Source: Thermoproteota archaeon (lineage in GTDB: Archaea; Thermoproteota; Methanomethylicia; Methanomethylicales; Methanomethylicaceae). Taken from it: a stretch of DNA of 64,000 bases. The notes below the pieces were generated by a model that saw nothing but the letters and a program-made list of their open reading frames with translations, made no database searches and was not told where the DNA came from. Below, in pieces: positions 9,457 to 19,181 of this stretch. A program made the translations under genes and the position numbers. The DNA lies in NCBI GenBank assembly GCA_016882195.1, contig VGLU01000002.1, positions 107,884 to 171,883 of the forward strand, written 5' to 3'. Positions within the stretch are counted from its first letter, which is position 1. The number at the start of each line of letters is the position of its first letter.

Positions 9457-9587
9457 TCATTGATAATGTTTATATACTCAAAGAAATACGCTTTTCGGTA
9501 CTATGACTAAGAACGTATTTCCAAAATTAAGTGTATTCTTTCCATTAATAAGGAGAGATTACCTGATTAAAGAGGCGGCAAAAGTCT

Positions 9588-10325
9588 ATGGCTAAAGGAG
9601 CATATCGTATCCTTTTACCGACCGATGGCTCCATTCCTGCCCTGGCAGCGACAAAACATGCGGTGGAGCTGGTAAAGAAGATGGGCGGGCGGTTGATAGT
9701 GCTTACGGTAAAGGAGCCGAAGCCGATGATGCCGCTGGAGAGGCTGGCAGAGGACACAGTCCTGATGAGAGCCGAGAGGTTCGATGGGATCGAATACGCC
9801 AAGAGGCTGGCGGACCAGGAGAATGTAGCCATCGAGCTGCAGATCCGAGAGGGTTCTGTGGCGGGCGAGATAATCAAGACCGCGGAGGAGCTGGATGTGG
9901 ATATGATTGTCATGGGAAGCTCCAACCCCAAGGGGCTTTCTGGCTTCTTCTTGGGGCACATCGCCGACGCTGTGATCAAGGCTACGCCCATCTCGGTAAC
10001 GGTCATCAAGCCCAACCAAAAGGACATCCTTTCAATTAAGGAAAATGCACGCGCCTTCATAGTACCGACCGTGGAGCCGGTGGCTCCGAGGGTCGGAGAC
10101 GGGATGAAATTCAAAGTTGGATTGGCACTCTTCTTTGCGTACGCACTTGGATACATGGGCTACACCGTTTTGGGCGCCTTCAATAAGGCGATTCTGTCCA
10201 TAAGGTTAATGGGAATAAACTTGGGCCTCATCGGCGGGATGACATTGATCTTTTCAGCAATACTGATAGCGGTCATGTACAATTGGTACGCCAGCCGACT
10301 GGAAAAACGATCGGGGATTGCTTGA
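9588..10325 (+). CDS. Universal stress protein (UspA) domain fused to DUF485/YjcH-like two-TM membrane domain
   Basis: N-terminal USP fold (ILLPTDGS...MIVMGSS...GHIADAVIK). C-terminal two helices and YNWYASRLEKR resemble YjcH, the small protein that precedes actP in bacteria. Overlaps the next ORF by 8 nt. Confidence 0.6.
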   Translation: MAKGAYRILLPTDGSIPALAATKHAVELVKKMGGRLIVLTVKEPKPMMPLERLAEDTVLMRAERFDGIEYAKRLADQENVAIELQIREGSVAGEIIKTAEELDVDMIVMGSSNPKGLSGFFLGHIADAVIKATPISVTVIKPNQKDILSIKENARAFIVPTVEPVAPRVGDGMKFKVGLALFFAYALGYMGYTVLGAFNKAILSIRLMGINLGLIGGMTLIFSAILIAVMYNWYASRLEKRSGIA

Positions 10326-11811
10326 TATGGATTATAGCTTCCAGCCGCTTGCATTTGCACTATTCGTAGTGATCACAGCGATAACCCTCTTTATCTCGGT
10401 GCTGGCAGCACGCAGAATACGGACGGCAAGCCACTATTACGTCGCAGGTGGAGGCGTGAAGTGGTTTGTGAATGGGATCGCCTTCGCCGGGGACTACCTT
10501 AGCGCAGCCTCGTTTCTTGGAATAGCCGGGTTGATCGCCTTCTTCGGTTTTGATGGATTCATGTACTCCATCGGCTTCCTTGCTGGGTGGATAGTTGCGC
10601 TGCTGCTGATTGCAGAGTCGTTCCGGCGAATCGGCAGGTTCACGCTCGCGGATGCACTAGTACACCGGTTCAAGAGCAAAAGGGTTCGACTCGCCGCGGC
10701 CGTGAGCACCCTTACGGTCAGCATCTTTTATCTGATCCCGCAGATGGTTGGTGCCGGTTCGATAATCCAACCGTTGATAGGCCTACCATACGAGGTTGGG
10801 GTGGTTGTCATCGGTGCCATCGTCATCCTAATAGTTGCGACTGCTGGAATGGTCTCCACAACCTACGTGCAGTTCATCAAGGGCTTTCTGCTTCTGTTCG
10901 CCGCGTTCGGTCTGACAATCGGGGTATTGATCGTTTCGGGCTACGGACCAGTTGACTTCGTCTCTAACATAATCTCGAATCCAGAGATTGTGACACCTAA
11001 GGGTGCCGTGGTCTCAGGAGAGGTCTTCATGTCCCCAGGTTTGAAATTTAAGAACCCTCTGGACTTTGCGTCCTTGGCGCTTGCCCTCTTTCTGGGCACG
11101 GCGGCACTCCCACACATACTCATTAGATACTACACGGTGCCTAGCCCCTCAGATGCCAGGAAGTCCACGGTAATAGCGATAGGCGCCATAGGGGCATTTT
11201 ACATACTGACGTTATTCCTCGGTCTGGGTGCCCTATACTTCCGCACGTTCGATCCCGCAAATGAGAACCTGTCCGCACCATTGCTGGCGCAGTTCATAGG
11301 TGGCGAGGCCTTCTTTGCGCTGATCTCCTCCATAGCCTTCGCGACCATACTCGGGACGGTGGCCGGTCTCCTAATGGCCGCAGCGGGCGCCATAGCCCAC
11401 GACATATATACCGAATATCTTGGCAAAAATAAAAGGGGAACCAACACCCTCAGAATATCAAAAGTTACGGCTGTAGGTGTAGGAGTCATAGCAATTGTCT
11501 TGGGCGTTCTTTCCAAGGGTCAGAATGTTGCCTTCCTTGTGGGTCTGGCCTTTGCCATCGCCGCCTCCGCGAACCTGCCTGCCATAATATGTGTGCTGTT
11601 CTGGAGCAAGACGAGTGAACGGGCTATCCTCGGGGGCATCGCTACTGGCCTCATATCCTCCATAGCCCTAATCCTTGTCAGCCCCACATTGATGGGAACC
11701 AGTGCACTGTTCGCATTGAACAACCCGGGGATCGTGAGCATACCCCTTGGGTTTGCTGTGACAATTGTGGTTTCACTCTTGGATGGCAAGAAGGGGCAGC
11801 AAGCAAAATAA
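10318..11811 (+). CDS. actP: Sodium:solute symporter family, ActP-like cation/acetate symporter
   Basis: 497-aa SSS-family protein (YYVAGGGV...GDYLSAASFLG). Gene order DUF485-ActP as in bacterial yjcH-actP. Confidence 0.75.
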   Translation: MLDMDYSFQPLAFALFVVITAITLFISVLAARRIRTASHYYVAGGGVKWFVNGIAFAGDYLSAASFLGIAGLIAFFGFDGFMYSIGFLAGWIVALLLIAESFRRIGRFTLADALVHRFKSKRVRLAAAVSTLTVSIFYLIPQMVGAGSIIQPLIGLPYEVGVVVIGAIVILIVATAGMVSTTYVQFIKGFLLLFAAFGLTIGVLIVSGYGPVDFVSNIISNPEIVTPKGAVVSGEVFMSPGLKFKNPLDFASLALALFLGTAALPHILIRYYTVPSPSDARKSTVIAIGAIGAFYILTLFLGLGALYFRTFDPANENLSAPLLAQFIGGEAFFALISSIAFATILGTVAGLLMAAAGAIAHDIYTEYLGKNKRGTNTLRISKVTAVGVGVIAIVLGVLSKGQNVAFLVGLAFAIAASANLPAIICVLFWSKTSERAILGGIATGLISSIALILVSPTLMGTSALFALNNPGIVSIPLGFAVTIVVSLLDGKKGQQAK

Positions 11812-12017
11812 GGCAGCTACTTGACCTCGGTTAGATGATCCCAGAGGGAGAGCGGTCGTCCAGAAATGCTACCGCGTACTCCCTCCTGAATATGGAAGTC
11901 AGCCTCCCAGCATAATAGCTCTTCTTGCCTTGTGCGATAGCATCGAGCACTCCTCTTGCGATATTATAAGGAGTGCAAAGTATTTTGTTGGGAGACGCAA
12001 TAAAAAATAAAAAATTT

Positions 12018-12039
12018 AAGGACGGTCATCTCCGTCCTT
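12018..12039 (-). terminator. Hairpin (AAGGACGG-tcatct-CCGTCCTT) followed by an oligo-T tract on the minus strand, between convergent actP and the transporter gene
   Basis: Perfect 8-bp stem with 6-nt loop directly after the stop at 12049. T-rich run in minus-strand sense at 12001-12017. Confidence 0.45.
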
Positions 12040-12048
12040 AAATGCTCA

Positions 12049-13056
12049 TTAGACGAAGACTCCTGTGAATATCTGTGTAGCGTAGATAGCGATCCATGTA
12101 GTTACGCAAAAAGGCAACGTTAACGCAGGCATCTTATAGGGTGCGTAAATAGACATTATAGCTGCCATTATCAATGTGGAGACTATTATGAAGAAGATGG
12201 CATAAACAAGGTTTATCGGATTTAAGGTGTAAAATACGCCAAAGAGTGCTAAGGCTGTTAACACGCCGTTATACCCAAAGATGCCATGATGTACGGCTTG
12301 CTTGTCTGCTCTTAGTCCTATTGCTGTTAACGTGCCAATAACTGATCCCATAAGTGCGACCACGCCGCCTAGTCCTAATGGGAAGCCTACGTTTGTAGTA
12401 CCTCCGGGTATATGGCTGTAGCTCCATGGATAGAGGAAGTAACCGCCCAGCGTGAGGCCTATAAAGAAAACTATGCCTGTTAGCCAGTGGTCCGAGAACA
12501 TTACTTGACTCATACCACGAAAAGCTGTTTTGACGCATTCGGCAGCAGTCCACTTCTCCTCCATTGTTGGCCAAGGCATCCACCATCCAAAATCGCCCAC
12601 ATTGAGTTTTCCAAAGCCGTGAAGGACGCCTCCAGCACCAACAGCCCATAGAAGAAGCATTGTTGTAATGTTGAATGGACCTGTTAAAGCAGGTAGTCCC
12701 CATGGGACGAAGAATCTTGTCAGAAAGACCATAACTACCGCTGAGAGGGCGGTACCGAATAGTGTGTAAACAACGCTACGTTTTGATGGCTTTATAAACA
12801 GCCACAATGCTGTAGCGGTTAGCTCGCCGTTGAACCCGAATAAGCCGAAGGTAACCCACCAATTATTTCCGCCGATAGCTATCCCTACAAGAGTTGCAAC
12901 AAGTGAACCGATAAACCCCCAGAGTGCCAAGCGCCTTGAGTAGATTGCTAGACCTACGAGGAAGAGAACACCCGTGATGGCGCTGTCATGGAACTGCACT
13001 TGTCCTATTCCTTTGAATATGGAGTCTATAAATTCAATGAAGTTTATAGTTATCAT
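12049..13056 (-). CDS. Urea-transporter (UT) family-like amide/urea channel
   Basis: 335-aa polytopic membrane protein with an internally duplicated architecture and LFGFNG-type motifs. Sits immediately downstream of the amidase, as in fmd/ami loci. Confidence 0.5.
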   Translation of the reverse strand: MITINFIEFIDSIFKGIGQVQFHDSAITGVLFLVGLAIYSRRLALWGFIGSLVATLVGIAIGGNNWWVTFGLFGFNGELTATALWLFIKPSKRSVVYTLFGTALSAVVMVFLTRFFVPWGLPALTGPFNITTMLLLWAVGAGGVLHGFGKLNVGDFGWWMPWPTMEEKWTAAECVKTAFRGMSQVMFSDHWLTGIVFFIGLTLGGYFLYPWSYSHIPGGTTNVGFPLGLGGVVALMGSVIGTLTAIGLRADKQAVHHGIFGYNGVLTALALFGVFYTLNPINLVYAIFFIIVSTLIMAAIMSIYAPYKMPALTLPFCVTTWIAIYATQIFTGVFV

Positions 13057-13108
13057 TGCCCACCATCACCTCTTTCGCCATTTTATTTAAAATAAAAAAA
13101 TAAGGTTG

Positions 13109-14101
13109 TTAGTCGCCTGGTGGTTTCGTTGTAGACCTTGTTACGGCTTCGGACATCTTTCTTGCCTTGTCAACGTCTGTAATCCACGTCTTGTAGAAGT
13201 CGTATGGGCACTCGCTAACGTATCCTGGGCTTTCTCCTGCCGATTCGTATGCCGTGTAACCTCTGTGGAGTAATTTGAACAGCGTGTTGCTAGCTGTCCA
13301 GTTTCTCCTCGCATCCCTTATCGTCTGAAGCGAGAGTTGGGCGTATCCAACTTCGTCTGGGCTTGCCTCGAGTTCTGTTAAGACGTGGCCATCAAAGTCA
13401 ACGATGTTTGAGTGCCCGAAGTAGTAGTAAGTTCCATCCCAGCCAGCCATGTTTGCAACGGCTACGTAGGCAGTGTTCATCCAAGCCATTACTGGTGGGA
13501 TCGCGCGCTGTTGATCCTTCGACGGATACATGTAACCCTGGCATCTAACGATGAGTTCTGCTCCTTTCATTGCACAGTCTCGCCAGATTTCAGAGTAGTC
13601 TCCGTCGTTGCATATTATAAGGCTGACCTTCAGTCCTTTCGGACCGTCAGATACGAATGTTCGGTCCCCTGGCCACCAAGGCTCTATTGGAACCCAAGGT
13701 ATTATTTTACGGTATTTCTGAACGATCTTTCCTCGGTCATTCATTAGAATCAGTGTGTTGTATGGGTTCTTCCTCGGGTGGTCCTCGTGGAGTTCGCCAG
13801 TTAGCGAGAAAACACCCCAGACTTTATTGTCTTTGCAGCCCTCTGCAAAGATGTCAGTCTCCTCGCCGGGGCAAGTTGTGGATAGCTCCTTCCACTTTTT
13901 AGGGTTGAACCCTTGGGTGCTGTATTCTGGGAAGATCATTAGATCCAAGCCAGGCATTCCAGCCTTAGTCCCTGAAATAAAGCTGTTTATGCGTCGGCAG
14001 TTGTCTAGCACTTCCTGCTTAGAATTTACTACTGGCACTCTGTAGTTGCAGACTGCTGTACCTACAGTTGTTTTCGATGACGAAATATCTCCTTGTACCA
14101 T
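13109..14101 (-). CDS. amiE: Aliphatic amidase / formamidase (AmiE/AmiF, nitrilase superfamily)
   Basis: Near-collinear similarity to Pseudomonas AmiE from memory: [60 protein letters not shown]. Confidence 0.85.
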   Translation of the reverse strand: MVQGDISSSKTTVGTAVCNYRVPVVNSKQEVLDNCRRINSFISGTKAGMPGLDLMIFPEYSTQGFNPKKWKELSTTCPGEETDIFAEGCKDNKVWGVFSLTGELHEDHPRKNPYNTLILMNDRGKIVQKYRKIIPWVPIEPWWPGDRTFVSDGPKGLKVSLIICNDGDYSEIWRDCAMKGAELIVRCQGYMYPSKDQQRAIPPVMAWMNTAYVAVANMAGWDGTYYYFGHSNIVDFDGHVLTELEASPDEVGYAQLSLQTIRDARRNWTASNTLFKLLHRGYTAYESAGESPGYVSECPYDFYKTWITDVDKARKMSEAVTRSTTKPPGD

Positions 14102-14174
14102 TTTTTATTCCCTCCTTTTATTTTGGTCGTGCTGTGTCGCATTATTCGGCTATTGATATTTTTAAGCATTTTTA

Positions 14175-14200
14175 ATAATTATAATTATTTATAATTACAA
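14175..14200. promoter_or_regulatory. ATAATTATAA-ttattt-ATAATTACAA in the divergent amidase / surface-protein promoter region
   Basis: Same two 10-mers as at 9437-9456, here separated by 6 nt. Confidence 0.4.
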
Positions 14201-14330
14201 ATCTATCCATGAGTGCACGCTGAGAACGGGGAATAACCACGCGACGAGGATCTTTATCGGCTCCAATCACTCCCATGAGAAAGCACCTATATAGACGGCA
14301 CTCTCAAGAAATGTCTGGAGGCGTTCATGC

Positions 14331-17300
14331 ATGGCATGCGCCGGCAGTAAAAGTCCTCCAAGGCTCGGTCGTGGAACGCACCTTGCTTATATTGCGCCCC
14401 TATTCCTTCTCTTCATAATCTCATTTACGGTCCTGCCCCCTAACCAAGTATTAGTTAGCTGCAACCCGAACGTATCCGCCTCAGAATCAGGTATCATTGC
14501 AAGATATACTGTTGAGATAACTCCTGCCGGGGCGGCCAAGCACGAGGTAAGCGTAAAGGCGGTGATCTCTCTCGGTGTAGCGACCGACCTTACGGTCACT
14601 TCACCAGATCAGGGGTTCAAGGCAAGGTGGATCACCATAGAGAAGTGCTACGACAGCACCAACAGGACAGTCTCGATCGAGCAGGTTGACAACAGGACAT
14701 GGAGGGTGTCTCCCCCCTCCCCCGGCGAGGTCACAATCGAGTACACCGCGTGCGCCGACATACCCAGCTCCATGGCGGTGGGATATTACCTGACGTACCT
14801 CTCGGAGAGCTGTGGGCTGCTGTACGCCAGCGCGATAATTCTCCGCCCGCCCACTCAGGGCGAGGTCGCGGTCAACTTTATAATGCCGTCCGGCTGGTCT
14901 GTAATAGCCGACGAGACGTGGTCTCCTGTCAACTCCACTGCCTTCACCGTCGGGACTGGTGACTTGGAGCTATTCGCCCCTGGCAACTGGTCCGTCTACA
15001 ACGGTACCTTCGGCGACAGCCAGAGGCTAAGGGTCGCGATCTGCGGGACGACAAAGCATGACAAAGGCGTTTACCTCAACAGCATAAAGACATGCTTGGA
15101 CTACTTCCACCAGCACATCGGGAAACTTCCCCAAGAGGAGCTCAATGTGGTGCTAGCAGACCTCCCTCTGCCCATGGACTACATGAGCGGGACGCCGAGG
15201 CTGGCCGTGAACCGCGCCGGCGGTGACTGGGGGATGTTCGAGGGGATGCTCTGGCACTACTGGTTCTTGAGATCGGTGCGCTACGACAGCCAGCTCGACC
15301 AGGACAGGGCGTGGTGGTTCGGCGAGGCGGCGAGCCCCTTCCTGCTCTATCCAGTCTATGAGGCGATAGGGGGGGCTTCGGAAGTCGCGACCGCCTGGGG
15401 CTTCAAGTACAATAACCTCACCTGGAAGAACTGGTACGTGGTGTACGAACAGTACGTAGGAACCAACTACAACATACCACTGGTGGACTACCCGGCGAAG
15501 AACAGGGAGACAGGCGACGTGCAGTACTACTTCCCATTGCCCTACATGAAGGGGTTCTTGGTGTTGCAGATGCTCAACCTCTCGATGGTAGAGGTGACCC
15601 ACGGTACCAAAGACATAAGGGATCTCGTGAAGTACATCTACGAGAACTACGCGGCGAAGGGCATAGGCTACAAGATCGAGGACGTCCTCAATGCGGTAAA
15701 TACCGTGTCCGGAAATAACTACACGGCATTCTTCGAGGCCTACGTATACGGTAATGAGACGCTGCCCATTCTGGAGAAGAGCGGTGACTACCTCTTTGAC
15801 TGGTCGACGTTGGGCGACAAGGCGTACAGAAGCCTCGCAAACACAGAGAAGGCACGGCCTACGCCCCAATATTGGCACGGTCAGGCCCCAGAGGGAGAGA
15901 CGGCAACACTCTTGGAGATGAAGAAGGAGAGCCAGCACTTCACGATCTACTTCCACCAGCAGGATGCTAAGATGGCTGCTCTCCTCCTGTTGGACTCCGA
16001 GAAGGCCTACGATGCCGTCACAAAGATCTATGGAGGCGAGGAGAAGCTCAAGATCAAGATGTTCATGACCTACAACAGTACCGAGTACGCCATACTCGGG
16101 GGCAACCCCAGCGCGGTCTACGACGAGTTCACAAGCGCAGGCGGGGTGGCGGTGGAGGCTGGCGACGAGATAAACTGGCTCAGGCCCATCCCAGACAGAA
16201 CGCAAACGCAGATGTATGATGTGGCAGCCCCCATCCACGAGCTGGGGCACGCCCTCCTGCGCCAAGTTTACCCCAACGTGTACAAGAACTGGGAGCAGTG
16301 GTTCAATGAGGGGATGCCCCTCTCCGAGATGGCATGGCTCGACAGCATGTGGGCTCCAGAAAGCTACTCCCCCTTCGGCGACCATGAGCCCATAAGGCAA
16401 CTTCAGACCTCGCTGATAGGCGGTTCGCCGTCCGTCATAGCGTTAACCCAGCTGGCGAAGATGGACTACGGCTCACTCAACTCCTCCGAGCAGCTACTGT
16501 TTCAGGGGGAGGGCATAACCTTCCACTTCTACATAGTGGCTAGGTACGATAATGGCCTGCAGAGGTTGCTCACTGAGTACAACAGAAGCGTGCCGCTCAG
16601 CATGGCCGCGGAGAGGGCCTTCGGAATAACCTACACAGACCTTGAGAGTGAGCTGTGGGTCACGGCGGAGAGGGCGGCTCTCCGTGTAAACTCCACCGAT
16701 GCGGTCGTCTCAAGAATAAACGGCGAAGGGGTGGACACCGGGCTTGCCGAGAGTTTGAAGCCAGAGGAGCCCTTCCTTGCGTTGCTGGTCGCGTATGCGT
16801 CGGAGACGAAGGCTGGCGTCGGTCCTGAAAAGGTGTTGTTGGGAACCATAGTTCCAGGTAGTTGGACGAGAGCAGACCTGCAAAAGACCGCAATAACGTC
16901 GCTGAACGTGAGTTCAACACAAACAGCCGCGAATGTAACGGTCTTGGTCCAAGAGGTGACGCCTGATGAGATGCCGGCAACCGCTACCGGCGAGGTTTAC
17001 CGGTACATCGAGATGACGGCGAGTGAAGGTGTTGGCCCCGCCATGATAACGTTCAAGGTTGCTAGGGCATGGGTAAACGAACACAGCACGAACAACGCAT
17101 CCATCACCTTAGAGAGGTACGTCTCAAACGATTGGGTCTTACTTTCCACCAAGAAAATCGGTGAAGACGGCGCGTACGCCTACTTCTCCGCGGAATCGCC
17201 GGGGCTGTCAACCTTCTCCATAGCCTCTGTTTCGCCTGCTGATCTGATACTGCCAAACAAAAAGGAGACGGCACACTTCATCTTTTATTTCAACACAACA

Positions 17301-19169
17301 TCTCAAGACTTCGTTGATCAATACAGCAACATCGCAGAAGGCGGCTTCTCCGGATTAGAGGTGATATTTGGCAACCTCTCAGAAAAAATAAAGGTTTACC
17401 TTTGCGAAACCGTTGAGGAGTTCCAGACCACCTCGGGGGGCTCGACGCCGCCAAATTTTGATGACAAGGTTGCGGCGGGGCAGTGTGTTGATGGAAAGGT
17501 TCAGATCTATAAGCCCACCCAGTTCTTTCCGGAAGATTATGCTATCGGCCTTCTTCACGAGATCGGTCACGCAGCATATTGGCAGCTTTATCCAACCGCC
17601 CTTGTTAAGAATAATTGGCTTAATGAAGCCTTGGCGGCGCAATCCATCAGCGGTTCAACCATCAGTTACGTCTGGGATGATGAGGTGAAGGCCGCTTTAG
17701 AGAATGGTACTTTCATACCGCTGGCGACACTTGAGAGTAATGGAGTAAGGAACGCGACTACGGAACACGGAATTAACGGCCCAGAGTACATCTCGCTGGT
17801 CAGCTTCATAGCGGGGGAGTTCGGCTTTGATAAGCTTCGCTCGGTTCTAACCTACTACAACGGGAGCGATAACATGGTCTCCTCCATAGAGAAGGGCACG
17901 GGCGTCAGCGCCGCTGTCTTTGAGCAGCGGTGGACGGCGAAGATAAGGTCCTACACCGCAGGAAACGTAACCGTGCCCACGGTAATAGAGAGCTGGGTCT
18001 CGAAGGAGCAGTTCGGTCAACCGGCGACCGCCTTCCTTCCCTCGGACGGGATATACGTCATGGTACGGAATAACGCCGAGAGCGACGATCAACCACTCGT
18101 AACCGTCCGCTTGGTGGATTCCTACGGGAATAGACTGATCGAGAGGTCATACAACGTACCTGGGCGGCACGGCACGACCGGGTTTGGCGACTATAACCCC
18201 GGGCGGTACATGACGCTTGGCATTTACCGTGTGGAGATCTGGAGCGGCGGCTCTCTGTTGCAGTCGATTGCGATATCCGTATCCACCGTAACAGCTGATA
18301 CCACGCCGCCCACCATAACCATAATCTCACCTGCAAAGGACAGCCTCCTGCAGACCAACTCCGTGTCGGTTAGCGCCTCCTACTCGGACAATGTGGGGAT
18401 TGACGTAAACTCCGTAACTATGAAGATAGACGGAGCGACCGTGACCCCCACCAAATCGCCGAATGGGGTAGAGTACACTGCCCTCCTCTCCGAGGGATCG
18501 CACACCGTTTTCCTCTCCGTGGCGGACACATCTGGCAATACTGCGGTGGCGACCTGGTCATTTACCATAAGCCTGTCATCATCCCAACAAGGTTCCCGCT
18601 GTATAATCGCCACATCGACCTATGGCTCAGAACTTGCACCCCAGGTCCAGTTCCTGAGAGAGTTCAGGGACAACCTTGCGCTAAAGACATTTGCTGGTAG
18701 CAGCTTCATGATGGTCTTCAACGCGTGGTACTACTCTTGGAGTCCTCCTGTTGCTGCCTCGATCGCACCAGATCCTTCCATCAGGGCCGTAATGCGCGTC
18801 ATCCTCCAGCCCCTTCTGAACATCCTTGAGCTGGCCGTGGCTACGTTCTCACTCTTCTCCTTCAATAGCGAACTGGGCATAGCGGTTGCTGGCATAGTCG
18901 CCTCCTCGCTGATAGGGCTCGTCTACTTCATGCCCGCAACCGTGCTGGTTCTCACCACGTTCTGCAGGCGCCGCGGCTCTGTTCCGCCGGTCAGGAAGAT
19001 CACGTTCTTGGTCGTGCCGTGGGCGGCGAGCCTCGTCCTGATCCTAGTGAGCGAGTTCGCCTCGTCGCAACTCCTGATGATGGTGGCTACTGGCACCCTC
19101 GTACTGTCGACAATAGCCCTCGTAGCAGGGGCAGTCTCGCTCGGGATAGCCCGCTATCTGCGGCGGTAA
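14331..19169 (+). CDS. Giant (1612 aa) secreted, membrane-anchored surface glycoprotein with two tandem M1-like gluzincin metallopeptidase motifs
   Basis: N-terminal signal/anchor. HELGHALL...(16 aa)...WFNEGMP and HEIGHAAYWQ...(15 aa)...WLNEALA fit HExxH-x18-E of peptidase family M1. More than 20 N-x-S/T sequons. Ig-like Ser/Thr-rich segment (TTPPTITIISPAKD...). C-terminal CIIATSTYGSELAPQVQFLREFRD motif followed by four or more hydrophobic helices. Confidence 0.7.
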   Translation: MACAGSKSPPRLGRGTHLAYIAPLFLLFIISFTVLPPNQVLVSCNPNVSASESGIIARYTVEITPAGAAKHEVSVKAVISLGVATDLTVTSPDQGFKARWITIEKCYDSTNRTVSIEQVDNRTWRVSPPSPGEVTIEYTACADIPSSMAVGYYLTYLSESCGLLYASAIILRPPTQGEVAVNFIMPSGWSVIADETWSPVNSTAFTVGTGDLELFAPGNWSVYNGTFGDSQRLRVAICGTTKHDKGVYLNSIKTCLDYFHQHIGKLPQEELNVVLADLPLPMDYMSGTPRLAVNRAGGDWGMFEGMLWHYWFLRSVRYDSQLDQDRAWWFGEAASPFLLYPVYEAIGGASEVATAWGFKYNNLTWKNWYVVYEQYVGTNYNIPLVDYPAKNRETGDVQYYFPLPYMKGFLVLQMLNLSMVEVTHGTKDIRDLVKYIYENYAAKGIGYKIEDVLNAVNTVSGNNYTAFFEAYVYGNETLPILEKSGDYLFDWSTLGDKAYRSLANTEKARPTPQYWHGQAPEGETATLLEMKKESQHFTIYFHQQDAKMAALLLLDSEKAYDAVTKIYGGEEKLKIKMFMTYNSTEYAILGGNPSAVYDEFTSAGGVAVEAGDEINWLRPIPDRTQTQMYDVAAPIHELGHALLRQVYPNVYKNWEQWFNEGMPLSEMAWLDSMWAPESYSPFGDHEPIRQLQTSLIGGSPSVIALTQLAKMDYGSLNSSEQLLFQGEGITFHFYIVARYDNGLQRLLTEYNRSVPLSMAAERAFGITYTDLESELWVTAERAALRVNSTDAVVSRINGEGVDTGLAESLKPEEPFLALLVAYASETKAGVGPEKVLLGTIVPGSWTRADLQKTAITSLNVSSTQTAANVTVLVQEVTPDEMPATATGEVYRYIEMTASEGVGPAMITFKVARAWVNEHSTNNASITLERYVSNDWVLLSTKKIGEDGAYAYFSAESPGLSTFSIASVSPADLILPNKKETAHFIFYFNTTSQDFVDQYSNIAEGGFSGLEVIFGNLSEKIKVYLCETVEEFQTTSGGSTPPNFDDKVAAGQCVDGKVQIYKPTQFFPEDYAIGLLHEIGHAAYWQLYPTALVKNNWLNEALAAQSISGSTISYVWDDEVKAALENGTFIPLATLESNGVRNATTEHGINGPEYISLVSFIAGEFGFDKLRSVLTYYNGSDNMVSSIEKGTGVSAAVFEQRWTAKIRSYTAGNVTVPTVIESWVSKEQFGQPATAFLPSDGIYVMVRNNAESDDQPLVTVRLVDSYGNRLIERSYNVPGRHGTTGFGDYNPGRYMTLGIYRVEIWSGGSLLQSIAISVSTVTADTTPPTITIISPAKDSLLQTNSVSVSASYSDNVGIDVNSVTMKIDGATVTPTKSPNGVEYTALLSEGSHTVFLSVADTSGNTAVATWSFTISLSSSQQGSRCIIATSTYGSELAPQVQFLREFRDNLALKTFAGSSFMMVFNAWYYSWSPPVAASIAPDPSIRAVMRVILQPLLNILELAVATFSLFSFNSELGIAVAGIVASSLIGLVYFMPATVLVLTTFCRRRGSVPPVRKITFLVVPWAASLVLILVSEFASSQLLMMVATGTLVLSTIALVAGAVSLGIARYLRR

Positions 19170-19181
19170 CCTCATTTCAGA

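Noticed and set aside
9545-10156. 203-aa and 134-aa minus-strand ORFs antisense to the Usp-DUF485 gene
   Set aside because: The plus-strand gene has a clear USP fold and operon logic with actP. The antisense ORFs are low-complexity.
15153-16400. 415-aa ORF on the minus strand inside the giant surface-protein gene
   Set aside because: It lies antisense to a gene with strong motif support (HExxH...E, sequons). Its composition (H/V/G/R/L-rich with no motifs) is typical of a GC-rich antisense frame.
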